A stretch of 32,000 nucleotides of DNA from Candidatus Methylomirabilis oxygeniifera. Lineage in GTDB: Bacteria > Methylomirabilota > Methylomirabilia > Methylomirabilales > Methylomirabilaceae. This document shows, piece by piece, positions 1-8,267 of the stretch; position 1 is the first letter of the stretch; each line of letters opens with the position of its first letter. The DNA lies in assembly GCA_000091165.1 (NCBI GenBank), contig FP565575.1, forward strand, positions 2,720,855-2,752,854. Direction: 5' to 3'. The notes under the pieces are model-generated. The model ran no database searches and was not told where the DNA came from. It saw nothing but the letters and a program-made list of their open reading frames with translations. Both the position numbers and the translations under genes were made by a program.

Positions 1-1
1 C

Positions 2-898
2 GGCCTGCGCCTGGATCGCTACCTCTCCACCGCGACAGGGCTTCCACGATCGCAGATCCAGCGCCTCATCAAAGCCGGCCGGGTGCTGGTCGATGGTCGC
101 TGCCCGAAGGCGAGCGCCATAGCCCATCCCGGCCAGCAGATCAGCCTCTCGATCCCTCCGCCTCAGCCGTCCACCCTCACGCCCGAACCGATTCCCCTCG
201 ATATCCTGTACGAAGATACCGACATGCTGGTTCTGAATAAGCCGGCGGGGCTGGTCGTGCACCCCGCCCCGGGACATCATTCCGGGACGCTGGTCCACGC
301 CATTCTGTATCACTGCCCGGATTTACCCGGAATCGGCGAGGAGCGACGACCGGGGATCGTTCATCGGCTCGACAAAGAGACATCCGGGGTGATGGTCGTG
401 GCCAAGACCGACACGGCCATGGCCTCGCTCGCTACACAATTCAAGGGGCGACGGGTGCAGAAGACCTACATCGCGCTGGTGCATGGCGAAGTCAAACAGC
501 CTCAGGGCCAAATCGCGGCCGACATCGGCCGTCATGAACGTGACCGGAAACGAATGGCGGTGCGCACACGCAAAGGCCGGGAGGCGGTGACCAACTACCG
601 GGTGATCAAGCGGCTGGGCGGCCTGACGCTGCTCGAGCTCCAGCCGCAGACCGGCCGGACCCACCAGATTAGGGTCCACCTGTCGGCCATCGGTCACCCA
701 GTGGTTGGCGACAAGGTGTATGGGGGGCGAAGGGAAAAGAAGTGTCGAGTGTTGAGTGTTGAGTGTCGAGTGAAGACGGAGCGGCACCTGCTGCATGCCT
801 GGAAACTCGGCCTGTTCCATCCGAGGACCGATGTGTGGATGGAGTTCGAAGCCCCACTGCCGCCGGACTTCACAAGCCGGCTTCACGTAGAATCCTAG
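2..898 (+). CDS. rluD: RluD/RluA-family rRNA pseudouridine synthase (5' end outside window)
   Basis: Frame is open from base 2 (GLRLDRYL...RSQIQRLIKAGRVLVDG, S4-like N-terminus). Motifs KPAGLVVHP, catalytic HRLDKETSGVMVVAKT and GRTHQIRVH are present. Stop at 896-898. Confidence 0.9.
   Translation, partial: GLRLDRYLSTATGLPRSQIQRLIKAGRVLVDGRCPKASAIAHPGQQISLSIPPPQPSTLTPEPIPLDILYEDTDMLVLNKPAGLVVHPAPGHHSGTLVHAILYHCPDLPGIGEERRPGIVHRLDKETSGVMVVAKTDTAMASLATQFKGRRVQKTYIALVHGEVKQPQGQIAADIGRHERDRKRMAVRTRKGREAVTNYRVIKRLGGLTLLELQPQTGRTHQIRVHLSAIGHPVVGDKVYGGRREKKCRVLSVECRVKTERHLLHAWKLGLFHPRTDVWMEFEAPLPPDFTSRLHVES
741..775. repeat. Imperfect heptanucleotide tandem array (AGTGTCG AGTGTTG AGTGTTG AGTGTCG AGTGAAG) inside rluD
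   Basis: Five consecutive 7-mers read directly from the sequence. They are translated as KCRVLSVECRVK in the variable loop between the VYGG and HLLHAW motifs. Confidence 0.7.
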
Positions 899-1182
899 GT
901 AGACACCAGCCTGTTCAGAGCCTCTCCCGGTTCACCATGTATCGAAAAAGCATGCGAGCAGCTCGAATACACGCAGTATCTGGCAGTAGTCTGTAATACC
1001 AACGCCAATAGTAATCAGTATACTATCCGATCGATTTCCATGCGCGATTGTGTCGCTATTACCGGCATCTCTGACTACTTTCTCATAAAATGTACTATAT
1101 TATAGTCATATGGCATGGCCATAATTGCTGTCACATTGCGAGTACCACGTATCCGAACCGAATCGGCCAATAGTTCGGGATC

Positions 1183-3861
1183 ATGAAGAAGGAACATCCG
1201 TCACCTTTACCTGTCGATCGGGACGTCCACCGTCCCCAATCGGCCCCGGCGACCTCTTTGCGCGCTCTGCTCGTTGAAAACGACCAGGTCGACGCCGAAC
1301 TGCTGGTGCGTGCGCTCACGCATGGCGGCTTTCACGTCACGTCCGTGCGTGTCGACACTGCGGAGCAGATGCGCGCGGAGCTGGCGCGCGCCGACTGGGA
1401 TGTCATTGTCTCCGACGACGCGCTGCCGACCTTCGACGGCATGACGGCATTGAAGCTCCTGCGATCAACCGGGAAAACGATTCCGTTCATCCTCATGTCC
1501 GGCACCGTGTCCGACGAGACCGCGATTGAGGCTGTCAGAGCGGGCGCGCGTGATTATATTCGCAAAGATCAGCCGGCACGCCTGGTTGCGGCGGTCCGGC
1601 GCGAACTTGACGCTGCCCGCATTCAGCGCGCTCAGCCCCAGTCCGGCGCGCCGCCTATGTGGCGCCGCATCGGGATTGCGCCTCGCCTGGTGTCCGGTTT
1701 TCTTGTGGCAACGCTCTTGTTCGCCGTGTTAGGTATCTGGTCCGCAGTCGTGTATACGCGGGCGGTTGAGCAGATCGTGATAGCCGGCGCGGAGCAGAGC
1801 GCGCGCTACTTGATCGTGAGCGTTGCCGAACTGGATGAAAAGAGCGGTACGCCTGACCTGTTTTCCAACCGGTCGGCCTACCTGCAAGAGTTGGTGGAGA
1901 AACTGGCGCGGGTGCAGAAGCGGGACATTGGGGTCGTAGACTCACGCAAGCGAGTTGTTGCGGATGTGATCACAAAAGATATCGGGGTGACGTATACGCA
2001 CGATGAGGGCAATGAAGTGGCGCTGACCATCCAGGATGGTCGGGCGCGCACGTTCGTTGAGAGAAGCGCGGACTATCCTGCCGGCATCCGCCGGATGGTC
2101 GTTCCGATCCAGGCCGGTGATGGGAAGATCGTGGGCGCGCTGCTGTTGGATTACACCGTGTCCTACGAAAACGCAATATGGCATGCTGCAGTGCAGGCGC
2201 GCCGGATCTTCATTACCGGTCTCCTGGTGTTGGCTGTCGCAGTAGGCATCGGTTGGATAACATCGTGGTCGATCACGAGGCCGCTCCATCAACTGCGCGC
2301 TGCCGCACACAGACTGGGACGACAGGAGTTGGACACGCCAATCTCGATGGAATGCCCCGGTGAAATCGGCGACCTGGCCGCCGCGTTCGAACAGATGCGC
2401 GTTAATCTGGTCGCCGCGCTGGACGCGCGGGCCAATCTGGAACAGACGCTTGCCGGAAGCAATCGATCCCTGCGTAGGCTGGTCAACAGAGCGCCTATCG
2501 CGGGTATGGTGCTCGACTTCGACGGCGTCGTGCGGATGTGGAGTCTCGACGCCGAACGGTTATATGGTTGGGCTGATCGGGAAGTGTTGAACCGTCCCGC
2601 GCCAGGGATTCCACCCGACAAGCGCGATGAATTTGCTGTGTTGTGCAAGCGGCTTGCCGCCGGCGAGGTCGTCACCGGGCATGAGACCACGCGACTGACT
2701 AAAGACGGCGCGCTGCTGGACGTTGCGCTGTCGCTTGCACCCTGGAGCGATTCGCGAGGCAATGTGACGGGCTTTATCTCGATTGCCATCGACAATACCG
2801 ACCGCAAGCGCGCGGAGATTGCGCTCCGCGACGCACACGCTGAAATCACCGCCTCGGTACGCGAACTGGAACGTCGTACGGCGGAACTGCATCTGCTGCG
2901 CGAAATGACCGACCTGATCCAAGGCAGCGTCAGCATCGAGGCGGCGCATGAGATCACGCAATGCTATCTGCCGCGACTGTTCCCTTACGGCACGGGCGCG
3001 CTCTATGTGCGTTCGCCCTCGCGTGACCTCCTGGAACAGACGTCGGCATGGGGCGATCGGGCGGCTCACCTGGGCCCCACCTTCACGTCTGGAGACTGTT
3101 GGGCGCTGCGGCGCGGGCAACCCCATTACGTGCACGCCAGTCGCGAGCCGTTGTGCCGTCATACGTTTGCCGCCGATGGGGGAGAGTGGATATGCTGCCC
3201 CCTACTGGCATACGGCGAGGTGCTGGGCATCCTACACGTCTACCGCCCGGAGCGCGATACCACGAGCAGCTCGGAGCAGGCCTTCCTGACTTTGGCCGAG
3301 ACCGTTACCAGCAGCCTCAGCCTCTCCCTCGGAAACCTGCGCCTGCGTGAGACCCTGCGCCAGCAATCGATCCGCGATTCGTTAACCGGTCTGTTCAATC
3401 GCCGCTATCTGGACGAGACCCTGCCGCGCGAAATCCTGCGCGCCGCACGCACCGGTTCGACGCTGGGCGTGATGATGTTGGATATCGACCATTTCAAGCG
3501 GCTCAACGATACCCACGGGCACGACGCCGGCGACGCAGTCCTCTCTGCGCTTGGCAGATTCCTGCAGCATCACGTACGCGGCGACGATATTGCGTGTCGA
3601 TATGGCGGCGAAGAGTTCACGCTGATTCTGCCCGGCGCGTCCCTGGACGCCGTATGCGATCGTGCGGAGCAGTTACGTATCGGCGTGCAATCGCTCGTAG
3701 TCCGCTTTAACAATACACAACTGGACACGATCACGCTCTCGCTTGGCGTCGCCATGTGGCCGCAGCATGGCGAGACGGAAGACCTGTTGCTACCAGCGGC
3801 GGACGCGGCCCTGTATCGCGCGAAACAGGGAGGCAGAAATCGCGTTGAGATCGCCGTATGA
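1183..3861 (+). CDS. Response-regulator receiver / TM-sensor / HAMP / PAS / GAF / GGDEF diguanylate cyclase
   Basis: 892-aa ORF. N-terminal REC (VIVSDDALPTFDG...RKD), two hydrophobic segments flanking a ~170-aa loop, and a HAMP-like region after the second TM. A PAS-like block (GMVLDFDGVVRMWS...) and a GAF-like block follow. C-terminal GGDEF domain has an intact RYGGEEF and an RGDD (RxxD I-site) at PleD-like spacing. Confidence 0.9.
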   Translation: MKKEHPSPLPVDRDVHRPQSAPATSLRALLVENDQVDAELLVRALTHGGFHVTSVRVDTAEQMRAELARADWDVIVSDDALPTFDGMTALKLLRSTGKTIPFILMSGTVSDETAIEAVRAGARDYIRKDQPARLVAAVRRELDAARIQRAQPQSGAPPMWRRIGIAPRLVSGFLVATLLFAVLGIWSAVVYTRAVEQIVIAGAEQSARYLIVSVAELDEKSGTPDLFSNRSAYLQELVEKLARVQKRDIGVVDSRKRVVADVITKDIGVTYTHDEGNEVALTIQDGRARTFVERSADYPAGIRRMVVPIQAGDGKIVGALLLDYTVSYENAIWHAAVQARRIFITGLLVLAVAVGIGWITSWSITRPLHQLRAAAHRLGRQELDTPISMECPGEIGDLAAAFEQMRVNLVAALDARANLEQTLAGSNRSLRRLVNRAPIAGMVLDFDGVVRMWSLDAERLYGWADREVLNRPAPGIPPDKRDEFAVLCKRLAAGEVVTGHETTRLTKDGALLDVALSLAPWSDSRGNVTGFISIAIDNTDRKRAEIALRDAHAEITASVRELERRTAELHLLREMTDLIQGSVSIEAAHEITQCYLPRLFPYGTGALYVRSPSRDLLEQTSAWGDRAAHLGPTFTSGDCWALRRGQPHYVHASREPLCRHTFAADGGEWICCPLLAYGEVLGILHVYRPERDTTSSSEQAFLTLAETVTSSLSLSLGNLRLRETLRQQSIRDSLTGLFNRRYLDETLPREILRAARTGSTLGVMMLDIDHFKRLNDTHGHDAGDAVLSALGRFLQHHVRGDDIACRYGGEEFTLILPGASLDAVCDRAEQLRIGVQSLVVRFNNTQLDTITLSLGVAMWPQHGETEDLLLPAADAALYRAKQGGRNRVEIAV

Positions 3862-3906
3862 CGGCGGGACGACAGCCCAGGCCCGTACCCGCACACCCCG
3901 CACCGT

Positions 3907-4713
3907 TTACAATTTCTCCACCGTCACGATCCTGGTAGAGCCGCACCGCAGGAACCTCCCCAAGGCCAAGTCGAGCGCCATCACGCGGCGGAAGAGGGCA
4001 TCGAAATGAGGGGCTTCCTGCCTTCGGCGAAAGAGCAGCGACGGGGGGAACAACATGGTCAGGATGTTCATACTCCGGACCTCCACCAGCCTGAGGCCGT
4101 GTGCCTGCAGGAGACGTGTCAACTCCGGCCAGGTGAAGGTCTTAAACTGCATCTCTTTCCACTCCCGCAGGTGTCCGCCCCGAGTTGTCATGGCTCGCCA
4201 CAGCTCCTTCGGCAGGTAGAGCAGGTCGGGACACCACTTTGAATCGATCTCGAACGAAATGAGCCCACGCGGGGCGCAGACCCGCACCATCTCTCGCAGT
4301 ACCACATCAACCGCCGTGAAGTTGTGACCGATGACGTCGCCATAGGCTACCATGGCCTGGACGCATCCATCTTCGAACGGCAGTCTCGTGATATCGCCGG
4401 TCACAAGACTGACGTTCGGCCGTCCATTGCACCGTTGCCGCGCCGCCTCGATCATCTGATCTGAGATGTCGATTCCGACCACCCGTCCGGCCCGCCGCGC
4501 CAGCAGGACCGTCTGTTTCCCCGTCCCGCACCCCAGGTCCAGCGCTATCCCGTCCGGCTTCTCGCAGATGATCCGTTCGACCGTTTCTCTGTAGACCTGA
4601 TAACATTCGGCGAAATAAAACTGGTCCTCAATCTGGTCGTACTCCGCCAGCATGGCGTTATAGACAGCCGCCACATGGGAGCCCACATCGGACCGGTTCG
4701 TCTGAGGGGTCAT
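3907..4713 (-). CDS. Class I SAM-dependent methyltransferase
   Basis: Motif I ALDLGCGTGKQT plus VVGIDISDQMIE. I place the start at the ATG at 4713 (MTPQTNRS...), 23 nt downstream of the ald stop. The longer track ORF to 5175 overlaps ald in another frame. Confidence 0.8.
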   Translation of the reverse strand: MTPQTNRSDVGSHVAAVYNAMLAEYDQIEDQFYFAECYQVYRETVERIICEKPDGIALDLGCGTGKQTVLLARRAGRVVGIDISDQMIEAARQRCNGRPNVSLVTGDITRLPFEDGCVQAMVAYGDVIGHNFTAVDVVLREMVRVCAPRGLISFEIDSKWCPDLLYLPKELWRAMTTRGGHLREWKEMQFKTFTWPELTRLLQAHGLRLVEVRSMNILTMLFPPSLLFRRRQEAPHFDALFRRVMALDLALGRFLRCGSTRIVTVEKL

Positions 4714-4736
4714 AGATGGATGGCGATCGCCGCGCG

Positions 4737-5855
4737 TTAAGCCTTTGCCGCTTCCAGGGGCGGCAGGTAGGCAAGGCCATGCGCGTCGGCCACAGCGGGA
4801 TGGGTAACGTGGTCGAGGGCAATATTCACACCCAACGACAGCTCCGGACACTCCAGGATGGCCCGGCGCCACCCGCTGTCGGCAAGCCGGAGGGCGTACG
4901 GAAGGGTAACGTTGGTGAGGGCAAAGGTCGAGGTTCTGGCGAAGGCGCCAGGCATGTTGGCGACACAGTAGTGCAGGATACCGTCCACGACATAGACGGG
5001 ATCGCTGTGAGAGGTGGAGTGGCTGGTCTCGATGCAGCCGCCTTGGTCGATGGCCACATCGACGATAATCGATCCCGGCTTCATGAGCGTAACCATCTCT
5101 CTGGTCACCAGCTTGGGGGCTCTGGCCCCGGAGACGTAGACGGCTCCGATCACAATATCGGCCCGCCTCACGCACTCTTCGATGCTCATCTGATTGGAAA
5201 TGAGGGTCGTCACATTCTCGGGAAGGATCTCGTCAAGGTAACGCATGCGGCCCTGGTCCACGTCCAGCAGATAGACCCAGGCGCCCATCCCGGCCGCCAC
5301 CTTCGCGGCGTTGGCCCCGACGGTTCCGCCTCCAAGGATCACTACAGTGGCGGGAGGCACTCCGGGCACTCCGCCGATCAGCACGCCACGGCCGCCATGC
5401 GGGGTCGCCAGATAGTGCGCCCCGATGTGGATCGCCATCCGACCGGCAATCTCGCTCATCGGTTCGAGCAGCGGTTTTCGACCGTCCGGCGTCTGCACGG
5501 TCTCATAGGCCACGGCCACCACCCGCCGCGCAAGGAGCCGTTTGGTGAGTTCGGGCGTGGGGGCCAGATGCAGGAAGGTAAACAGTATCTGTCCTTCCCG
5601 AAGCATCTCGCACTCGGCAGGCAGCGGCTCTTTCACCTTGTAGATCAGATCGGCTTGGGCGTAGATCGCTGTCGGATCGCCGATCAGCTCGGCGCCGGCC
5701 CTGGCGTAGGCCTCGTCCGGCAATCCCGAGCCGACTCCGGCCCCTTGCTGGATCAGCACCCGGTGCCCATGCGCCCGTAACGCCTGCACGCCGGCGGGTA
5801 TGATCGCGACCCGACTCTCAGCCTCTTTGATCTCTTTTGGAACCCCGATGATCAT
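4737..5855 (-). CDS. ald: Alanine dehydrogenase
   Basis: Canonical N-terminus MIIGVPKEIKEAESRVAI and a Rossmann motif VVILGGGTVGANAAKVAAGMGA. Full-length resemblance to AlaDH/PNT family. Start chosen at ATG 5855 rather than the track start at 5912. Confidence 0.92.
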   Translation of the reverse strand: MIIGVPKEIKEAESRVAIIPAGVQALRAHGHRVLIQQGAGVGSGLPDEAYARAGAELIGDPTAIYAQADLIYKVKEPLPAECEMLREGQILFTFLHLAPTPELTKRLLARRVVAVAYETVQTPDGRKPLLEPMSEIAGRMAIHIGAHYLATPHGGRGVLIGGVPGVPPATVVILGGGTVGANAAKVAAGMGAWVYLLDVDQGRMRYLDEILPENVTTLISNQMSIEECVRRADIVIGAVYVSGARAPKLVTREMVTLMKPGSIIVDVAIDQGGCIETSHSTSHSDPVYVVDGILHYCVANMPGAFARTSTFALTNVTLPYALRLADSGWRRAILECPELSLGVNIALDHVTHPAVADAHGLAYLPPLEAAKA

Positions 5856-5947
5856 CGTTACCCCATTAACAGTCAGTGATGTGCTATGTAGACAGTTACT
5901 AACTGTCCACAAATAATCACTTTACGGTATCGAAAAATCCCTCCTCA

Positions 5948-5994
5948 CCTCCCTTTGCCAAAGGGAGGATGTACCCCTCTTTGGAAAAGAGGGG
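5948..5994. repeat. Two adjacent GC-rich hairpins of the CCYCCTTT-loop-AAAGGRGG family
   Basis: cctcccttt-gcc-aaagggagg (5948-5968) and cccctctt-tggaa-aagagggg (5974-5994). They lie in the ald/HAD intergenic spacer with T-rich tracts about 10 nt beyond on either strand. Confidence 0.6.
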
Positions 5995-6104
5995 CGAGGG
6001 GAGATTTTCTTCATCGATGTCAATCCAGTTTTAATACGGTAAATACATCTCGCCCTTGACGATGTCAAGGATCGATCTCCCATACGCGATTGCGCCCTTT
6101 GTGG

Positions 6105-6791
6105 TCAGCTCAGGCACAGCTTTTCCAGAAGGTCCAGGTCAAGATGCTCCAGGCTCCGAACCACGAGTTCAGCGCCGGCGAAGTCCTGGCCGCGTGTATA
6201 CTCATTATAGACCACAACGCAAGGTAACCCGGCTGCATTGGCTGCCTTGAACCCCCTCTCGGAATCCTCGATGACCAGGATCTCCGATGCATCGTATCCG
6301 AGCATTGCAGCACACCGGGCATAGAGGGCCGCGTTCTTGTCACCGGCCTGTTGGCCGAAAATCGGGTCGAAGGCATCGAGCGCCTCAGGAATCTGCGCTC
6401 TCAGGAGCGCGAGGATCTGATCTTCGTGGGTCACCGATACGATCGCCAGTCGAATACCGCGATCAGTCGCCTCGCGGATGATCCGGGCCACACCGGGAAG
6501 AAGTGGCAGCGCCTCAACCCGCTTCAAGTACAGCTCCTTCTTCAGCGCAAACAGCTCCGGCACAATCCGGTCGATATCGGCCTCGGAGAGCGAGGTCCGG
6601 GTCGAAAGCGCCAACCGCATCCGGCGGGCATTGCCGGGGATCTTCAGCAACTCTTTGAACTCCTCCCAGCTCCAGCGGACATCGAACCCCATCTGCGCGA
6701 ACGCCTCGTTACAGGCTACCAGATGCCCGTTCCTCTCCGTCTCCGCCAGTGTCCCATCCACGTCAAAAATAATCGCCTTCAGTTTCCCCAT
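6105..6791 (-). CDS. HAD-IA family phosphatase (CbbY-like)
   Basis: HAD motif I IIFDVDGTLAETE, motif II region IVSVT, and a C-terminal VIEDSERGFKAANAAG motif. Confidence 0.85.
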   Translation of the reverse strand: MGKLKAIIFDVDGTLAETERNGHLVACNEAFAQMGFDVRWSWEEFKELLKIPGNARRMRLALSTRTSLSEADIDRIVPELFALKKELYLKRVEALPLLPGVARIIREATDRGIRLAIVSVTHEDQILALLRAQIPEALDAFDPIFGQQAGDKNAALYARCAAMLGYDASEILVIEDSERGFKAANAAGLPCVVVYNEYTRGQDFAGAELVVRSLEHLDLDLLEKLCLS

Positions 6792-6804
6792 CTCTCATAC
6801 CTAA

Positions 6805-6859
6805 GCGTTCGTTGCGCGCGGCGTTCATTACGTCGATAGCGTTCATTTATGTGGCATTC
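6805..6859. repeat. Four spaced direct repeats GCGTTC(G/A)T / GCATTCAT upstream of the HAD gene
   Basis: Copies start at 6805, 6821, 6839 and 6854 (spacing 16, 18, 15 nt), immediately upstream of the minus-strand HAD start at 6791. Confidence 0.45.
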
Positions 6860-6925
6860 ATGGATACAGCCGTAGGTCGGGTTAGCGCAGCACAACCCGA
6901 CAACTTCGGCCGAATCCTTCGTGCT

Positions 6926-6960
6926 CCCCCTTTGATAAAGGGGGATTGAAGGGGGTTTTT
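6926..6960 (+). terminator. Terminator-like hairpin, same CCCCCTTT/AAAGGGGG family, followed by GGGGG-TTTTT
   Basis: cccccttt-gat-aaaggggg (6926-6944), then attgaa-ggggg-ttttt. No annotated plus-strand gene lies upstream, so its function is unclear. Confidence 0.4.
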
Positions 6961-7066
6961 GTACGCTGTGGTGCGGTCATGCTGCATGAGGTGTTGCTCA
7001 GAAAATGTCTATCCAATCTGTTGCGTCCAGAGACCCGGAGGGCCATGACCTGTCGGCGATAATACC

Positions 7067-7094
7067 TTGACACCCCACTTCTATCAAATAGAAT
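7067..7094 (+). promoter_or_regulatory. Near-consensus sigma70-type promoter
   Basis: TTGACA (7067-7072), 16-nt spacer, TAGAAT (7089-7094). It sits about 200 nt upstream of the deaminase ATG at 7301. Confidence 0.5.
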
Positions 7095-7300
7095 GTTCCC
7101 ATGCGTAGAAGAAGTCGGAAGGATTCAGCCACTGTGCCGTACCAGCGGTCCCCATCGGCGTATGAAGCGTCGCTTGTGTCGAAGACCAATATCATCGTTC
7201 CTGTGGAGCCTAACGACCCTACGCTGCTCCACCGGGATTTGTTCCAGCGCTCACCAATTATGCGCCCGACCTGAAAAATTGTCAGCAAGAGGGAGATTCC

Positions 7301-7765
7301 ATGGCAGATGAGCGCGAGACTCATCAGAGATTCATTCGGGCAGCCTTTGAGCAGGCTCGGAAATCATACAATGAGGGTGGACTTCCGATTGGCGCCGTCA
7401 TGGTAGAGAACAGCACAGTTATCGCTGTTGGTCATAACCGTCGCGTTCAAGACGGCGATCCAACCGCGCACGGGGAGATGGACTGCCTTCGGCAGGCTGG
7501 TCGGCGCCCTCGCTATGACGGCATTACGCTTTATACGACGCTGAGTCCTTGCATGATGTGCTCAGGCACCGTGCTCCAGTTTGGGATCAAGCGAGTGGTC
7601 ATTGGCGAAAAGCAAAACTTCCCAGGCAATGTCGAATTGTTGCGCAATCACGGTGTTGATGTGATTGTTCTTGATGATCCTGAGTGTATTTCGCTGATGC
7701 AGCGATTCATGCGCGAACGTCCGGATCTGTGGGACGAGGATATTGCGGGGCGAACAAACGTTTGA
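7301..7765 (+). CDS. Yeast-type (Fcy1-like) cytosine deaminase, CMP/dCMP zinc-binding family
   Basis: Zinc ligand motifs HGEMDCL and TLSPCMMCSG. Length (154 aa) and blocks GGLPIGAV, GHNRRVQ, VVIGE and ERPDLWDEDI are collinear with S. cerevisiae Fcy1 as I recall it. Confidence 0.88.
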   Translation: MADERETHQRFIRAAFEQARKSYNEGGLPIGAVMVENSTVIAVGHNRRVQDGDPTAHGEMDCLRQAGRRPRYDGITLYTTLSPCMMCSGTVLQFGIKRVVIGEKQNFPGNVELLRNHGVDVIVLDDPECISLMQRFMRERPDLWDEDIAGRTNV

Positions 7766-7796
7766 GGTATACTCAGCAAGAGGCGGAACGAATCAA

Positions 7797-7874
7797 GGCG
7801 GCCAGTTTTGGGGTTGTCCGAATTATCCGCGCTGTCGCGGACTCGTGAACTACGACGCCCATGGTGCAAAGTAG
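7797..7874 (+). pseudogene. C-terminal remnant of a topoisomerase-type Zn-ribbon (zf-C4_Topoisom-like) protein
   Basis: Reads ...QFWGCPNYPRCRGLVNYDAHGAK*, with no start codon or first Cys pair upstream. Confidence 0.3.
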
Positions 7875-8066
7875 GCATACGTCGGGTTCGCACCACAAGG
7901 ACCTTCCACTCGACGCACCAAATACGTGCGCGGATGAAGCAGAGGACATTGGCAAGTCGACTCGAAGAGGGGTTTGTGATACGCTTTTTTCGGGAGGTTG
8001 AGATGACGAAGTTGCTTCAACGAGCATTCGAGAAGGTAGTAACTTCCTAAGTCTGAGGAGGATGCC

Positions 8067-8267
8067 ATGACAACTGTCGAGTCGATTGAGCGCGCTATCG
8101 AGCAGCTTTCCCCCGACGAACTCGTCAAGTTGCGACGCTGGTTCTTGGAGTACGATGCCACCGCTTGGGATGCTCAGATCGAGGCAGATGCTGCTGCCGG
8201 AAAATTCGATGCGTTAGCTAAAGAGGCTTTAGCTGAGTATCACAGCGGTAAGGCGCGCGAGATTTGA
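8067..8267 (+). CDS. Type II antitoxin (small acidic helical protein)
   Basis: 66 aa with a GAGGAGG Shine-Dalgarno 6 nt upstream. Its stop overlaps the start of the downstream toxin gene. The sequence LSPDELVKLRRWFLEYDATAWDAQIEADAAAGKFDAL is typical of partners of RelE/ParE-superfamily toxins. Confidence 0.7.
   Translation: MTTVESIERAIEQLSPDELVKLRRWFLEYDATAWDAQIEADAAAGKFDALAKEALAEYHSGKAREI

Noticed and set aside
2289-3162. 222-aa and 200-aa minus-strand ORFs inside the GGDEF gene
   Set aside because: These are antisense shadows of a gene with clear PAS/GAF/GGDEF motifs.
4714-5175. N-terminal 154-codon extension of the methyltransferase ORF (track ORF 3907-5175)
   Set aside because: The extension overlaps ald in another frame and is Arg/Pro-rich nonsense. 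The methyltransferase fold starts at the ATG at 4713.
4716-5780. 354-aa plus-strand ORF
   Set aside because: It is entirely antisense to the well-supported alanine dehydrogenase gene. The Gly/Arg/His/Pro-rich translation is typical of a high-GC antisense frame, and it has no motifs.
7114-7130. gtcGGAAggattCAGCC resembling the SRP (4.5S) RNA GGAA tetraloop / AGCAGCC motif
   Set aside because: The flanking sequence does not form the long helix 8 pairing, and the symmetric-loop residues are not matched.
6998-7324. 108-aa minus-strand ORF and the 7093-7311 plus-strand ORF in the deaminase leader
   Set aside because: They have no RBS and no motifs, and they overlap the promoter and the deaminase start. 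I treat the region as untranslated leader.
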